Below are positions 1-12,400 of a stretch of 64,000 nucleotides of DNA, one piece after another. The position numbers and the translations under genes were made by a program. The first letter of the stretch is position 1, and every line of letters begins with the position of its first letter. The stretch covers positions 25,495-89,494 of the forward strand of contig JAUCBJ010006872.1 in assembly GCA_032718475.1 (NCBI GenBank), written 5' to 3'. The notes beneath the pieces were generated by a model, which saw only the letters and a program-made list of their open reading frames with translations, was not told the origin of the DNA and made no database searches. This DNA is from Nemertoderma westbladi. Its lineage: Eukaryota; Animalia; Xenacoelomorpha.

Positions 1-2513
1 TTTATGACTTATTTGGAAGTTATTAGCGCGTTATGTTTATTTTATATTTAGACTGATTTAATTTGGTGAATTTATTATGTATATTTGCAATATAATAAAG
101 CGTGTTGAAAGTTTGAAATTATTTGTTTGATTTGTTTCGATTTGTTTTGTTCTGATTTGTTTAATTTGTTAATCTTGATAACCGAAAGCCTTTTTTGTAT
201 TTCAGGCACTAAAGTTAATTGGTAAATTTGTATTTTGTATGTATGATGGTTTGTATTTACGCTGTAGCTGCAATATTAAGTATGCAATAATTATATAGTG
301 ATTATTTTATATTTTAGGCCCCACCAGTAGATTTAGAAGTAGTTTGTAAATATTTTGTATTTCGATTGGTGAAAACAGTCTTACTTACTGTTTTCATGGA
401 GCGGTGATGAATTATTTCACTATAAGATAGCATTTGTAGTTTAACTTTATCGTAAAAACTTTCGAAAATCCGACGCATTTTGATTAAGTTACAGTAATGT
501 AATATGCCTATTCATATTTGTACACATAAAACCCCTAGGTACTCTCATGGCGTAGTGGTCAGATGGTTAAGGCGTTGGTTACATTACAATTAGGTTATGA
601 GTTCGAATCCCGGTCGGGAAATTTGCATTTTGGGGCAATTTATTTTCATTTGGTATAAATTAGTAAGCCAATGAGGTGCGTACAACGTATCGAACGATGG
701 GTTGGGCCAATCATAGGGCATAGAACATCTTATTGCTCCAATGTGAGGCCGTGGAATACTCTAGAAGATTCTAGTGGATTCTATGTCCCAGATTTAGTAT
801 ATAAAGGGCTGGTTTGCCTTCGGTTATCACTTCACTTCTCTTGTATCACAATACTTACACTCTTGCACTAATCATTTCGTTATACTTTGTTGGTTTCTTG
901 TTGAAACTATTTGTAATTCTGTTTGATAAATCTTTGCTAAACTGTAAATACACTGCAAACTCCTGAACATGTTTTCTTTTGGTCCAACTTTGGGACAGCC
1001 AAACATCGGGAAGATGGCAGCCTAGACCGTTAGGCCGTCAGCAACGCAGGGGAAAGATATCCACAACACGCTAGCGCCCACATTAGATTTGACCGCGCAC
1101 CCCCTTCGCCCAACGAAATACTCAACTTGCCATGCAGCGCCCGACTTCCGAGGAAGGTAAGACTTTGTTCGACGCCCTTGCCCGCCGTAAGACCTATAGA
1201 TCAGGGTAAGCATGACGCCGTCCTGGACGCCGCAAAATTTAGGATCAAATAATTATATTTAGGCAGAATCCCTTTGTCAGTCCTGCAAATCCCTGGGTTA
1301 CCTTATGTCTCACGGGTGCGAGCTAGTTAGCACTGACTGTTTGGTACCGGTTCGCTTTGTAGAACATACATTAGTACCCCCCCCCCCCCCCCTGCCTGAA
1401 GTTAGTTATTTGATCAGGCAAGGAGTATTTCTGCTACCGGCACACCGCTTGGCCTAGGGAGGTTTTATTAATATCCTACCGCGCCTTGCCACGTACTGAT
1501 AGGTATTTGCTGCTAACTACCGCGGCAACAAAGTTCTAGAATCAAATTTGTATACCAGATCAGCTAACGTACGGTAGCGATTAACCCCTATTTCTTATCT
1601 TACAACCAGAATCTGGTATTTGTGCCGATCACGGGTGTAGTTACTAACACCGTGGTTGCCCAGTGAGTTGTGGATAGGAAGGAGAGAGCCTTGACGTCAT
1701 TTGTAAGTATAAAGTTCTACAAAACGCGACTAGCTTATTTTAGTAGCTAGCGCACAGTATCGTTTCGGTCAGAAAATTACTAAAACCTAGTGAAAATATA
1801 TACACCAAAATTGTTTTATTGTAACACACCCACACACACACGCCCTAAAACATATTTACCCTTAGAGTTCTACTAGTTATAGCGCACTTTATATTACTTT
1901 AGGCAGAATTTATCTGTATTTGTAACGGCAAAGGGAGTATTTCATTTTCGTTATTAAACTGTTGTTTTCTGCTCAGCAGTATTGTTACATTAGGCACGAC
2001 CTTTTTTAGACTGATTCAGACAGGGAGATCAGTATTGTAACGCTAGGGCTGTAACCCACCTAGCTCGTATATAAACCATATAAATCACACCGCGGCAAGT
2101 TACGGTATTTAGGACTGTCAGCGATAGTTAGGATTCGCTGTGCGGGGATTGTTTTCCCGTGAGTTTGGTCTGTTACTGTAACTGTACATCTGCCATACCG
2201 GTTAGGGGACAGGTTTCCTTTTGTCTAGTTCGTAGGCATTAGACCCGCTCACGTACATAGAATAGACACAAGGCTCTGCTCCTCGCCAGTAGTCGTTTGT
2301 GTATTGTATCTGTTTGTTTAGATATCCTGGACTGGGATTTGTTGTCAGATACTGTACGAGCCCGTTTCATTACTAGAGTCTCATAGTAAGATACATCGTT
2401 GCTAGGATCTGGTAAGCGGTATACTACTGGACTCCACGGTTAGAGATATTCTATAGCTTCATATTAGTAGACTTGTAGGCCGTAGGATAGCCCCCACCGT
2501 AGAGGACTTTACA
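1..2513 (+). mobile_element. Possible long LTR/retroelement-derived non-coding segment (unclassified, left end outside window)
   Basis: Non-coding. CCAAT motifs (668-740) and TATAAAGGG (~800) are followed by a pyrimidine-rich leader, and the segment ends in ...TTTACA at 2513 just before a tandem repeat. No partner LTR or TSD is visible. Confidence 0.2.
545..620 (+). repeat. tRNA-derived SINE-like head (Pol III A and B boxes)
   Basis: A-box-like TGGCGTAGTGG (548-558) and B-box GTTCGAATCC (601-610); no convincing cloverleaf. Confidence 0.45.
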
Positions 2514-2515
2514 CT

Positions 2516-2765
2516 TACATACTTTTTAGTATTTTACCAATAGGCTGATTTTGAGACCTTACATACTTTTGAGTATTTCACCAATAGGCTGATTTTGAGA
2601 CCTTACATACTTTTGAGTATTTCACCAATAGGCTGATTTTGAGACCTTACATACTTTTGAGTATTTCACCAATATACTGATTTTGAGACCTTACATACTT
2701 TTGAGTATTTCACCAATAGGGTGATTTTGAAACCTTATATAATACTTTTGAGTATTTCACCAGTA
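2516..2765. repeat. 44-bp minisatellite, about 6 copies
   Basis: Unit TTACATACTTTTGAGTATTTCACCAATAGGCTGATTTTGAGACC; CCAATA recurs at 2581 and 2625. Confidence 0.9.
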
Positions 2766-2803
2766 TGCAGTTTTTGTGTCACTAATTTTGTCCTTTTCAC
2801 CAG

Positions 2804-2970
2804 TTGCCAGGTTTTTTCACGCCAATTGATCTTACCGAGGCCGACGACTTGGGAAGCCTATGGATTGTTGTCATGGAAACTCAAGGTAGCGCAACTAAAA
2901 TAAACGGAGTGTCGAAGGACGTAATGAAGGCCACTGTATTTCCCAATGGTGACTTTATCAATCGTAGGCG
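2804..2970 (+). CDS. Cys-loop ligand-gated ion channel subunit, internal exon (extracellular domain, loops A/E)
   Basis: ACTAAT branch-like site and pyrimidine tract, CAG acceptor, GTAAGT donor at 2971. Reads LPGFFTPIDLTEADDLGSLWIVVMETQ...KATVFPNGDFINRR. The terminal CG joins the A of the next exon to give Arg (phase 2). Confidence 0.75.
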
Positions 2971-3139
2971 GTAAGTTGTTGTGTGATGAATTACAAAGCC
3001 TTTTACTACAGGTTGGGTCAACATTGCCATTTATTATGCAGAGTATTTAAATATTCAATAACCATATATATTTGTTGAACACACCTATTTAATATAAATG
3101 TATGTTTCACTAATAGTTTAGTTTATACGTACGTCGGGT

Positions 3140-3430
3140 ACACTGTATCAATTACAATGCACATATCTCCAACCAAACACCATGCAACATTGGGGCTGTC
3201 TCATTGGTCCCCCAAAATTGACAGTGCCGCCTCCTCTTCACAGGATATTGCTTCGATGTGAGGCTGAGGACCAGCCTGTGCACAATCTTGTCTTTTGGCA
3301 GCCCCATAGAAAAAATAAGCATGGTAGACAGCCCATGACTTTCTTAAGACGCATCTTAAAGGACACTGGCCTTGAAGATGCGGATATTCGTGGGGGTTGT
3401 GGAGGTGCAATATGTCGATAAGCCGGCATA
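3140..3430 (+). mobile_element. Degenerate 3' fragment of the RTE-like LINE, interrupted by a MITE
   Basis: EDQPVHNLVFWQPH...QPMTFLRRILKDTGL matches the C-terminus of ORF 4351-6552; the 3' tail motif GCTGCAATGCAGCATGCCGA resumes after 3965. Confidence 0.85.
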
Positions 3431-3965
3431 GGGGCCGTCCAAGTATGACGTCAGCACTTTAGGGGGGGGAGGGGGGTTGGGAAAATCTGATGATGTGCTG
3501 ATCACTGATGAGGGGAGGGGAGGGGGTCAGCCAAAATCTGACGTCAGCATGTTCATTTATAGGTGCTAGAAGAGATATAGCAGAAGAGTAAATAGCTTGC
3601 CTATTTTAATTGTTCGAAGCCCCGAAGGCCCATAGCACGACCTTCTGTTTCAGTTACCAGTCACCATGTTTCAGTGATTACGACGCGTGCTACTGGGGTT
3701 CGCCTGAAAAGGAAACATTAATCCTAAGCTAATGATTGTTAGTCTAATGACAGTCAGCCCCCATGCACCCCCCCCCCCCCCCCCCCCCCCCCCTCCAATG
3801 CAATGTAATACCTTTATCCTGCTGATAATAGTTTATTACAATTTTTTTTTTAATCTGATTTAGGGGGGGGGGGGGGGGGTCAACGCTATCTGATGACATC
3901 TGATTTAGGGGAGGGAGGGGGTCAAATTTTGGGGAAAAGTGCAGACGTCATACTTGGACGGCCCC
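3431..3965. mobile_element. MITE with TIRs and 3-bp flanks (PIF/Harbinger-like)
   Basis: TIR GGGGCCGTCCAAGTATGACGTC...GACGTCATACTTGGACGGCCCC, ATA on both sides, non-coding. A second copy lies inverted at 36562-37048. Confidence 0.85.
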
Positions 3966-4322
3966 ATATATAATTTTTTATGCAAGCTGCAATGCAGCAT
4001 GCCGAATGTGGTTGTATAGTGGGAGCACAATTGATATGTTATGCCGGCTTAACGAACCCAATGCAGCATGCCGATTATATAGATAAAATAGTTCAGAGAG
4101 TAACAATACCAAATACAATATGGGACCTAAATGATTGATCTGCTTTTGTCCCGCCTTGGTGACACTACTTATGATTCAAGCATGGTTTGGTACAGGAAAT
4201 ATTCCTCCTATACCAAATCCTTTGGCCCCAGGTACCAAATAGCTCCAAAAAGTATGCTTTTCTAACTGGTATAAAGCGCCCACAACATTCTATGCCCACT
4301 GCCTTTGGAGTGTTTACTAAGA

Positions 4323-6593
4323 AGCCTTCTCCAGTGACCACCGCCTTATTGTGGCCAAGGTAAGACTCAGTCTGCGTGCTAGCAGAACAACGAAATCTGC
4401 CTTGCCGCGGCATGACTGGTCTTCTCTGTTGCAACAGCCAAGTGTGAGATCCAGCTTCACACTACAGCTGAGTAACAGGTATGAGGCTCTTGCCTCTGAG
4501 GCGGCAGATCACTGTGAGGGCTATACTGCCTTTACAGAAGCAGTTAAGTTAGCAGCTGCAGAAACAGTTCCTGTATACCCTCGAAACAGGAAAAGGGCCC
4601 CCTGGACTGACAACAAAATTCAAAAGTGCCGAAACGACCTTCATAAGGCGCAGAAAGAGTCCCGACTCAAACAGACTTTAGCGGCCAAGAATGCAGTTAA
4701 GGCTGCATCTAGGTCCCTGAACAGGCAGTACTCTGTTAATCTACAGGAGCTAATAAACCAACAGGTTGATGCCATCAATGATGCCGACGACAGCAGGCAA
4801 TCATCCCAGGCATGGAAATCGATCAATCTGCTTACTGGGCGGAAAAGCCAACCAACCACCAAGGTTAAGGCTGAATCACCAGCCGATCGCCTCAATGGTT
4901 GGAAAGCCCACTTTGAAAAGCTCCTCAATAATGACAGGGTATTGCCAGATAACTTTATAGAAGTAAAAGTGTCTGAGTCTGTACTCCCAGATATTCCCAT
5001 TGGCGATATCTCCTTTGCAGAAGTGAAGGCTGCTGCAAAGAGCATTAAGACCAATCGTGCCAGTGGAGTAGATGGTGTTCCCCCTGAGGTCTTTAAAATA
5101 CCTGAGTGTTTAAAGCTCATCTATCCCATCATAGTAGACATGTACCGAACAACAAGAGTCCCACAAGAAATGAAAACAAATAAGTTGGTGCCAGTTCCCA
5201 AGAAGGGCAACCTAACACTCTATGGTTCTTTTCGGGGAATCTCATTGATCTCGATTGCTGCAAAGCTATACAATAGGATTCTATTAAATCGCATCAGGGA
5301 TCCCATTGAGAGACTGCTCCGTGGAAATCAGAATGGGTTCCGTAAAGGTCGTGGGACCATGGAGCCCATTTTGGCACTTAGAAGGATAATTGAAGAATTA
5401 TCAAAAAAGAAAGACAGGCATCTGGCTGTTATCTTTGTTGACTTCTTCAAGGCCTTTGATTCAGTCTCTCGCTCACGTATGTTCAGCATACTTTCATTAT
5501 ATGGGATTCCTGATGAAATTATTGCAGCAATCAGATCAGTATACGATGGTTCGACAACATTTGTGTCTACTGTTGACGGTGACACAGAACCATTTGAAGT
5601 GTTATGGGGCGTCCTCCAAGGAGACGCACTTGCACCATTCTTGTTCATTATTGTGGTTGACTATGTTCTACGCATGTCCTTAGATCATCATAATGATGAT
5701 GGGGTGATGATAACTCCACCTACTGGCTCCAGAAGTCGAGGAAATCCTGCCAAGTACCTAACTGATCTAGACTTTGCTGATGACTTAGGAGTACTCTCAG
5801 AATCATTAGAGGGAGCCCAACGGCTCCTCAGCTCATTAGAACATGCTGCTTCTAGTGTTGGTCTTTTTATTAACTCCAGAAAGACCAAAATTCTGACAGT
5901 TAACTTTGAAAGTCCTCAGCAAGTCTCTGATCGGATGAGCATAAGCTCAAAGGATGGTATGCTTGAGCATGTGGACGACTTCTGTTACCTGGGATCATGG
6001 ATCCGGAAGTCAGGTGAGGACCTTCGAATACGTAAGGGAAAGGCATGGGCAGCCTTGAATAGGCTTTCCAGGATTTGGAAGTCACCGAGAATTAATCGGA
6101 AACTTAAGGTCCGATTATTTAGAGCAGCAGTAGTTCCAGTACTCCTCTACGGGAGTCCATGCTGGGCTCTAACTGCTGAGGACACCAAATCTCTGGATGG
6201 CACATTCACAAGAATGCTACGCCGGGTTCATTGTGTCAAGTACAATGCACACATCTCCAACCAGACACTATATAACATTGGAGGTGTTTCATTGGTTCCC
6301 CCAAGCTTGACACTAGAACAAAATCGCCTCCGCTTTGCAGGACATTGCTTTCGCCGTGAGGACCAGCCAGTGCATAATCTTGTACTTTGGCAGCCTCATG
6401 GAGTGAATAAGAATGGTGGACAGCCCATGACTTTCTTGAGACGCATCTTAAAGGACACTGGCCTTAAAGATGCGGATGATCTAGCAAATGTCATGGGTGA
6501 TAGGGAGTTGTGGCGGTGCAATTTTGTTGACAAGCCGGCACAGCATTCCTAAAAATGCAGCTGCAATGCAGCATGCCGATCCTAGTAGTAGTA
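4323..6593 (+). mobile_element. 5'-truncated RTE-like non-LTR retrotransposon with TSD
   Basis: Direct repeat GTTTACTAAGA at 4312-4322 and 6594-6604; (TAG)n tail; begins at the APE C-terminal SDHRLI motif (4333-4350). Confidence 0.9.
4351..6552 (+). CDS. Non-LTR reverse transcriptase ORF (RTE-like), endonuclease domain truncated
   Basis: 733-aa open frame with PVPKKG, FRGISL, QNGFRKGR, FVDFFKAFDSV, GVLQGDALAPFLF, LDFADD, FCYLGS, VLLYGS and RLRFAGH motifs. Confidence 0.93.
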   Translation: MAKVRLSLRASRTTKSALPRHDWSSLLQQPSVRSSFTLQLSNRYEALASEAADHCEGYTAFTEAVKLAAAETVPVYPRNRKRAPWTDNKIQKCRNDLHKAQKESRLKQTLAAKNAVKAASRSLNRQYSVNLQELINQQVDAINDADDSRQSSQAWKSINLLTGRKSQPTTKVKAESPADRLNGWKAHFEKLLNNDRVLPDNFIEVKVSESVLPDIPIGDISFAEVKAAAKSIKTNRASGVDGVPPEVFKIPECLKLIYPIIVDMYRTTRVPQEMKTNKLVPVPKKGNLTLYGSFRGISLISIAAKLYNRILLNRIRDPIERLLRGNQNGFRKGRGTMEPILALRRIIEELSKKKDRHLAVIFVDFFKAFDSVSRSRMFSILSLYGIPDEIIAAIRSVYDGSTTFVSTVDGDTEPFEVLWGVLQGDALAPFLFIIVVDYVLRMSLDHHNDDGVMITPPTGSRSRGNPAKYLTDLDFADDLGVLSESLEGAQRLLSSLEHAASSVGLFINSRKTKILTVNFESPQQVSDRMSISSKDGMLEHVDDFCYLGSWIRKSGEDLRIRKGKAWAALNRLSRIWKSPRINRKLKVRLFRAAVVPVLLYGSPCWALTAEDTKSLDGTFTRMLRRVHCVKYNAHISNQTLYNIGGVSLVPPSLTLEQNRLRFAGHCFRREDQPVHNLVLWQPHGVNKNGGQPMTFLRRILKDTGLKDADDLANVMGDRELWRCNFVDKPAQHS

Positions 6594-7379
6594 GTTTACT
6601 AAGAGACACAAAAATAAGCAGTGTCTCTATAGTATAGTGTAAAGGGCACAAATAACACTCTGGCACTCAAATAATACATAATTCTCTGCGTTTTTTGATC
6701 CAATTGAATGAAATTATAATGACGAAATGCACCGTCTTATGTGATCAAATACGTACGATACGTTTACTCTGAATTCAAAACTCTTCTTTTTGAGTTTTGC
6801 TGGTATCATGGACCTGAATCTGGGTCTGAGAAGAACAATGGAGTCTGAGGGGTGTAGCGAATGAAGCAACATCTACTGCAAGATAAGTGACACGTTCGTT
6901 TTAATATGCTGCAGAAAGCTGCTGATGTCACTACAGTATTATTTGCTCATATTGTAAGAAATGGAACTGAAATCGAATAATTTTGAGATTAACTGTTGAA
7001 AATGGGAAGAAATTCCAGAATATAGAATAAGGTTATTCCCTAAGGCCTTATTACAAAAGTATCACCTATCAAAATAGTTTAATTTGCCAGCTTCCTTTTA
7101 ATAAATATCCTGGTTGTATTAAAACTGTATAACTATAATTAATTTAACTAATTTGACTCTAAAACCTGACTTTATTTGACCTGGAAAACATTTCCATTAA
7201 TCTGAATGTCTTTGTTCAGTGAATAAACCTTTGCGGTGGCTGAAGGGAGGTTTAATATTTTTTAAAAAAACATTTACTGTTTTTCCAGATATTACTAAAA
7301 GAAATATATAATAGAAAATAAATATAGATAATGTAAATAGAGGTAATAAATATTAAAAGCTTTAAATATTGTTTTTCAG

Positions 7380-7477
7380 ACAAATCCGTTTAATGAAATG
7401 CAATCTGGATATATTTCTGTTTCCATTCGATACAATGAATTGTTCAATATATCTGCGCCCTGATTACGCCAATGACA
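7380..7477 (+). CDS. Cys-loop channel exon carrying the Cys-loop signature
   Basis: TTTTTCAG acceptor, GTAAGT donor at 7478. Reads QIRLMKCNLDIFLFPFDTMNCSIYLRPDYAND, i.e. C-x13-C with FPFD. Phase 2 in, phase 1 out. Confidence 0.92.
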
Positions 7478-7799
7478 GTAAGTTTATATTTATAACAAAT
7501 CATAAATCTTAAATTATATTTTAATTTTAGTATATAATATTTTAGCTAAGTATTTAATATAGTTGATTTTATTGTATTCAGTCTAGTTTCAAGAGCCTCA
7601 TCTTGTAATACACTTGGATTGCGTTTATAATTGTGTTGATACCCTCAGAAGTTATTTCTCAATTTCCTTCGGCCTAGTAGCCTGCTTCTATGAACTGAAA
7701 TGCAGTTGGGCTCCGTCTAGTAATTCCGCGAAAACTCTACTACTAAGTCAAACGCAAATTCCTTCTAGAGCCTGTACGGGTTGTTACAGTATGGGGTTA

Positions 7800-8050
7800 T
7801 CCCATTATCATTATGGTTGTCTAAGGACATATGTAGGACATAGTAAAGCACAATTATGAGTAAAAATTTTGCAAGAAGTGTGTCACCCTAAAGGACTCCC
7901 CATAGGACTTAGTCATCATCATCAACAACTGTCGTCGTACCATCGTATATCAGTGATCTTATTGCTGCAATAATTTAATTAATTTCCAATCCCATATGCT
8001 GCAAGTATGCTGAATATACGTGGTCGGGAGATTGAATCGAAACACCGTGT
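7800..8050 (-). mobile_element. Degenerate RTE-like LINE fragment
   Basis: Reverse complement resembles ~5455-5700 of the RT ORF (e.g. ATTGCTGCAATAATTT, GTATGCTGAATATACG). Confidence 0.6.
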
Positions 8051-8795
8051 CTTTATGGGGACTTGGCCTCCGTGCAGGACGCGGTAAGCAAGCGTGTGTA
8101 CCTCTATTTCAAGTCGCAGACACCTTCTAGCGGGAGAATGGAGAACTGCAACATAAAATATAACTTACATGCAGATTGAGCACATTTATAATATAATAAT
8201 AACTTACTTACAATAATTATTTATACTAACATCCCACAAACGAATGATTCATAGTAGGATAATTATAATTATTGTTTGTTTAATACAAAAAAGATTATTT
8301 ATTTGAATGCTTAAAATATTAAAATTTTAAATGAAAAAAAAACACAACTTTTTTTGAAGCGTTTCATGGTCATGACCCTCGAAGTGATTAAAAGGGAATA
8401 TTTCGATAAGGGCGTTTCAAAATATTATTCTGTTTACAACTGATGTAAACACTATTGTTTATAACATTAGTGTTTACATATTGTTTTGAAGTAGTGGTAC
8501 TTTCTAAATATTTATGATTACCAACCCTACTATGTATAATTACTCTGAAATCTGTATTTTTTGTAGAAAATATATAAGTAAAGGGGGGTTAAGTGCGACA
8601 TTTCTTAATTGTCAATCAAAGTTATTTTTGCCAAAAGCAACAACAACCAAAACTAAACTGTTCTTTGATTTTAATGATTTAAACTAAATATTACTGATGA
8701 AAGAATACAAAACATGAATAACAACAACCACCAAAATATTGCGTATAAAACCTAGTACGATATCACAATTACTGTAGTTCACTATTTACATCGTT

Positions 8796-9336
8796 TGTTA
8801 GCTTATCCAATCCCGCTAACACCCCATAAAAGTTAAGCCGATAAGCAATATTGGGGGCCTCGAGATTGGGCAATCAACCAACTCGCGCCACCCCAACAAA
8901 ATGGGAAGGTGAACCACACAATAAGGGTCAGGGGCCAAACCCCTAACCAAGAGAGAACAGGTGGAGTGAACGGGACACTCCAAAGGGCGCCAACAAGGGT
9001 ATCAACCAATCGGAGGGGGGAAGGCACCGATTGAGTAGAGCAATAAGGCCACCGTGCAATATAACCAGTAACCAGTAATCATATTACCTCAGTTATCTCG
9101 GTGTTATTGGTACTACTGTAAGAATAGTTTAGCTAGGGAAGTACCGGGATTTCAGTTACCGTCTCCCGCCTTCCGTGTACAACAATATTACCAGTCATCA
9201 TTATCTATATCTATATTGTATATACCTCGAACATTGCAATACAACGAACAACAGAAACTCTTTATCTTTCACACACGGCGGGGACGCGTGAACTGACAAA
9301 ACGGATAAATCGGGATCCTTCCTGGATCCCGTCACA
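8796..9336 (+). repeat. 5' LTR
   Basis: TGTTAGC...GTCACA; TATAA at 9060 with Inr-like TCAGTT at 9089; repeated at 19731-20271. Confidence 0.97.
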
Positions 9337-9408
9337 GTAACTGAATCAGAGCTGCCGCCCTAGCTAACTAGACTCAGCAACCACCAGCCACCAACCTGCA
9401 GAAGAGAG

Positions 9409-12400
9409 ATGAGTCGGTCAGGTGACACGACACCGACGCGGACCCCGGACGAAGAGCTAACGATCCGCGAGGCCGCGACCAGGCGGTATAGGCCCACAAC
9501 GCCGGAGCCATCGATAACGGGCGACCCGGAAGTTCAAGACGAGGGAGACCGTCTGGAGTCAGAAGCCGAGTCGAGAGGAGGGGGAGTCGAGTCGGAGGAT
9601 AGAGAGAACGAGGTCGAGGGAGAAAGAGAGGAGTCGACACGGAACGAGGGTCGACGTGCCGACGTCGCGGGCCAGCCACAGGCCGAGGGCGACGGACGGC
9701 CCACCGGAACGGCGAAGGTGGGGCCGACGGTACGACGCCGGACCCGGAGAGACGACGGGGATGTCGACACCGATGTCGCGGGCCAGCCACAGGCCGAGGG
9801 CGACGGACGGCCCACCGGAACGGCGACGGTGGGGCCGCCGGTACGACGTCGAACCCGAAGAGACGGAGGAGAGGTCGGCGACGAGGACGTCGGGGTTTCT
9901 GATCGACTTCGACGGGCCTACAACGCGACCCGGAGACTACTAGAGGAGGCCAGAAAGGGGAAAACGATAGACGAGGTAAAACTGAACTCAGGACTAGGTA
10001 AGTCGGACAGATATTTTCATTATCTAATGCGCTTCGGGCAGAGAGAATTGGCCGAGGAGAGAGCGACAAGGGTTGCCGAGGAACTGTATGACTCATGGCG
10101 GTATGGGTGTATACAACCTAGAGTAGTGTACATAGGGCCATACTTAATCGATGCCCGGGGTATAAAATCAGTGGGTTGGAACAGACCTGAGGAGGGCGAA
10201 CCCGAGGTTGACCCTGCGGGTTCGGTCTCGTCGGTCGGAGAAAGTTCCGGGAAGCGGGGGAAAGTTAGTAGGTCGGGAAGGCGGAGGGGGTCCGTCGTAA
10301 CCGATAAGTCTGCTACATCCTCCGCGAAAGAAAGAGTGGTGAGAGAGGCAGATGCCACGTATCGTATCGACCTGATAACGCAAGGTCAGGAAGAAATAAG
10401 TAAACGGTTAAAGGAAGGGAAGGTGCTACTAGAGAGGGAAGCGGTGTCGATTAGAGAGACAAGAGAGAGGGCCGAGAGGGCCATAAGGCGCCTTAGGGAG
10501 TATGATGAAATAGAGTGGAAGGAACAAGAGGAGCGTGTGGCAAGAGAGAAAAGTGAACGAAAGGAACGTGAGGCGGAACGTGAGAAACGTGAGGCGAGGG
10601 AAGAAAGTGAACGCAGAGAGCGTAAGGCGAGGCGAAGGGAGGGGATTAGGATAGAGGTGGAATTGGCCAAGCAGAACGAACGGGAGGCTATGGATAAAAT
10701 GGCGGAAGAGGGGCGTGAGCAGGAAGAATTGAAAAAACGCCAAAGGGAGTTTGTAGAGTACAAGGCTAGACAGACGCGCGAACTAAGACTGGCGCGGGCA
10801 GGGGTGTCTGAGAGCGGGACGGGCTCGAGTATTTTCGAGGAGCAAGAGGCCGTGGATGTATTTATTAATGCCCCACTTACAGGGACCGCAAGACGGACCC
10901 GAAACTGGTGTGACCGTACGAGCGGGGGGGGTAATAATATTACAGTAGATGACGTTAATATTAATAATACTGTATTGAACGACCCTAACCAAATCTTTAT
11001 TGCAGGAAATACTTTACCTAATAGTAATAATTTTATTTTAAATCAGAACGATTCTAATATTAACGTGCAAAATAATTCTAATAATGTAGTTATACAAAGT
11101 AATCCAAATAATTTAAATAATAACCCGAATTCGATTTTACAAAATAATCCAAATAATGTTATAACGCAAAATAATGTTTCTAACTTTGGTGCGCAGGACA
11201 ATTTGGGCGCACTAGAGGATACTCACGGTGGTGTTATTAATGTAAACGCGTCCGACGTACATAGCCCGGCGGGTGAGGGCCTGGTAGGCCACGTAGTCAG
11301 TAGGCCGGAAGTGGCGGGGTTGAGCCAACCCGAGGTAGGCCTGGTAGGCCTCGTAGATAGTAGGCCGAAAGCGGCGGGGTTGAGCCAACCCGAAGCAGGC
11401 CTGGTAGGCCAGGTAGTAGTAGAGAGAGAGGCGGGGGTAAGTGGACCCAGCCGCAATACAAACATTGTGTCGACGGGAGAAGAGTGTAGAAGTGGAATAA
11501 GAGATAGTGAAGTTAGATGTGGCGAGTGGGGGGGGGCTACGGGTGCCCCACCACACAAGATTAGCGGCGAGAGAGGGGGGGCAGAGAATGCCCCACAAGA
11601 GGGGTATAGAAGTGTAGTAAGAGGTGGTGAAGTTAGAAGTGGCGGGTGGGGGGGGGCTACGAGCACCCCACCGCGAGAAGTTAGTGACGAGAGAGGGGGG
11701 GCAGAGAATGTCCCACAGGCGTCGGCGGATAATGCGAGGGCCGAAGTAGGTAAACCGCAACACCCGGCGACGGAGAGTAATAGGGGGATCGCGAGTATCC
11801 CCAGCGGCGTGCGATCGAGCAGAGAGAGGCAGGTTGACGTCGCGAGAGGGCGGACGGAGCGTCGAGCCCGACCAGAAGAGGGAAGAAGAACAGTGGAGTT
11901 TAACCGGGAGGTCGACGAGAGATCTCACGAGCCGGAATACTGCACTGAAAGAAGAAGAAGAGAAGACGGTAGGAGAAGTATCGCCGCGAACGATAGAAGA
12001 GCGAGGACGGATAGTGAGCCGTCGGTAGTTGAGATGGAAGGAGAGAGTCGGTGGGGTCGAACTACGGGAGATTGCCGTCGTCCCGGAGAGACGCGACCCG
12101 ACGAGGCGCACTACGCGTCGAGAGAAGGGTACATGATGTACCGGCACGAAGATGAGAGCGGTAGAGGGGGTCAAAGAGAAACTTTCCGACGGGATATACC
12201 TGCCGATCGAGGATACGGTAGCCGCGGGGAGGATTATTCGAGGAGAATAAACTTCGATCCCGAGCAACACATACAGACTGTAAGACATACTGTAGGCCTT
12301 ACTGCACATACCATAGGCCATGCTGACAGAAGCAATGTAGGCGATAGAATAGCGTGGACAACGGGATTAAACCCGGAAGTCGCGGAATACATTCCGGTAG

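Noticed and set aside
545-620. tRNA gene
   Set aside because: A and B boxes are present but there is no credible acceptor or anticodon stem; better explained as a SINE-type head.
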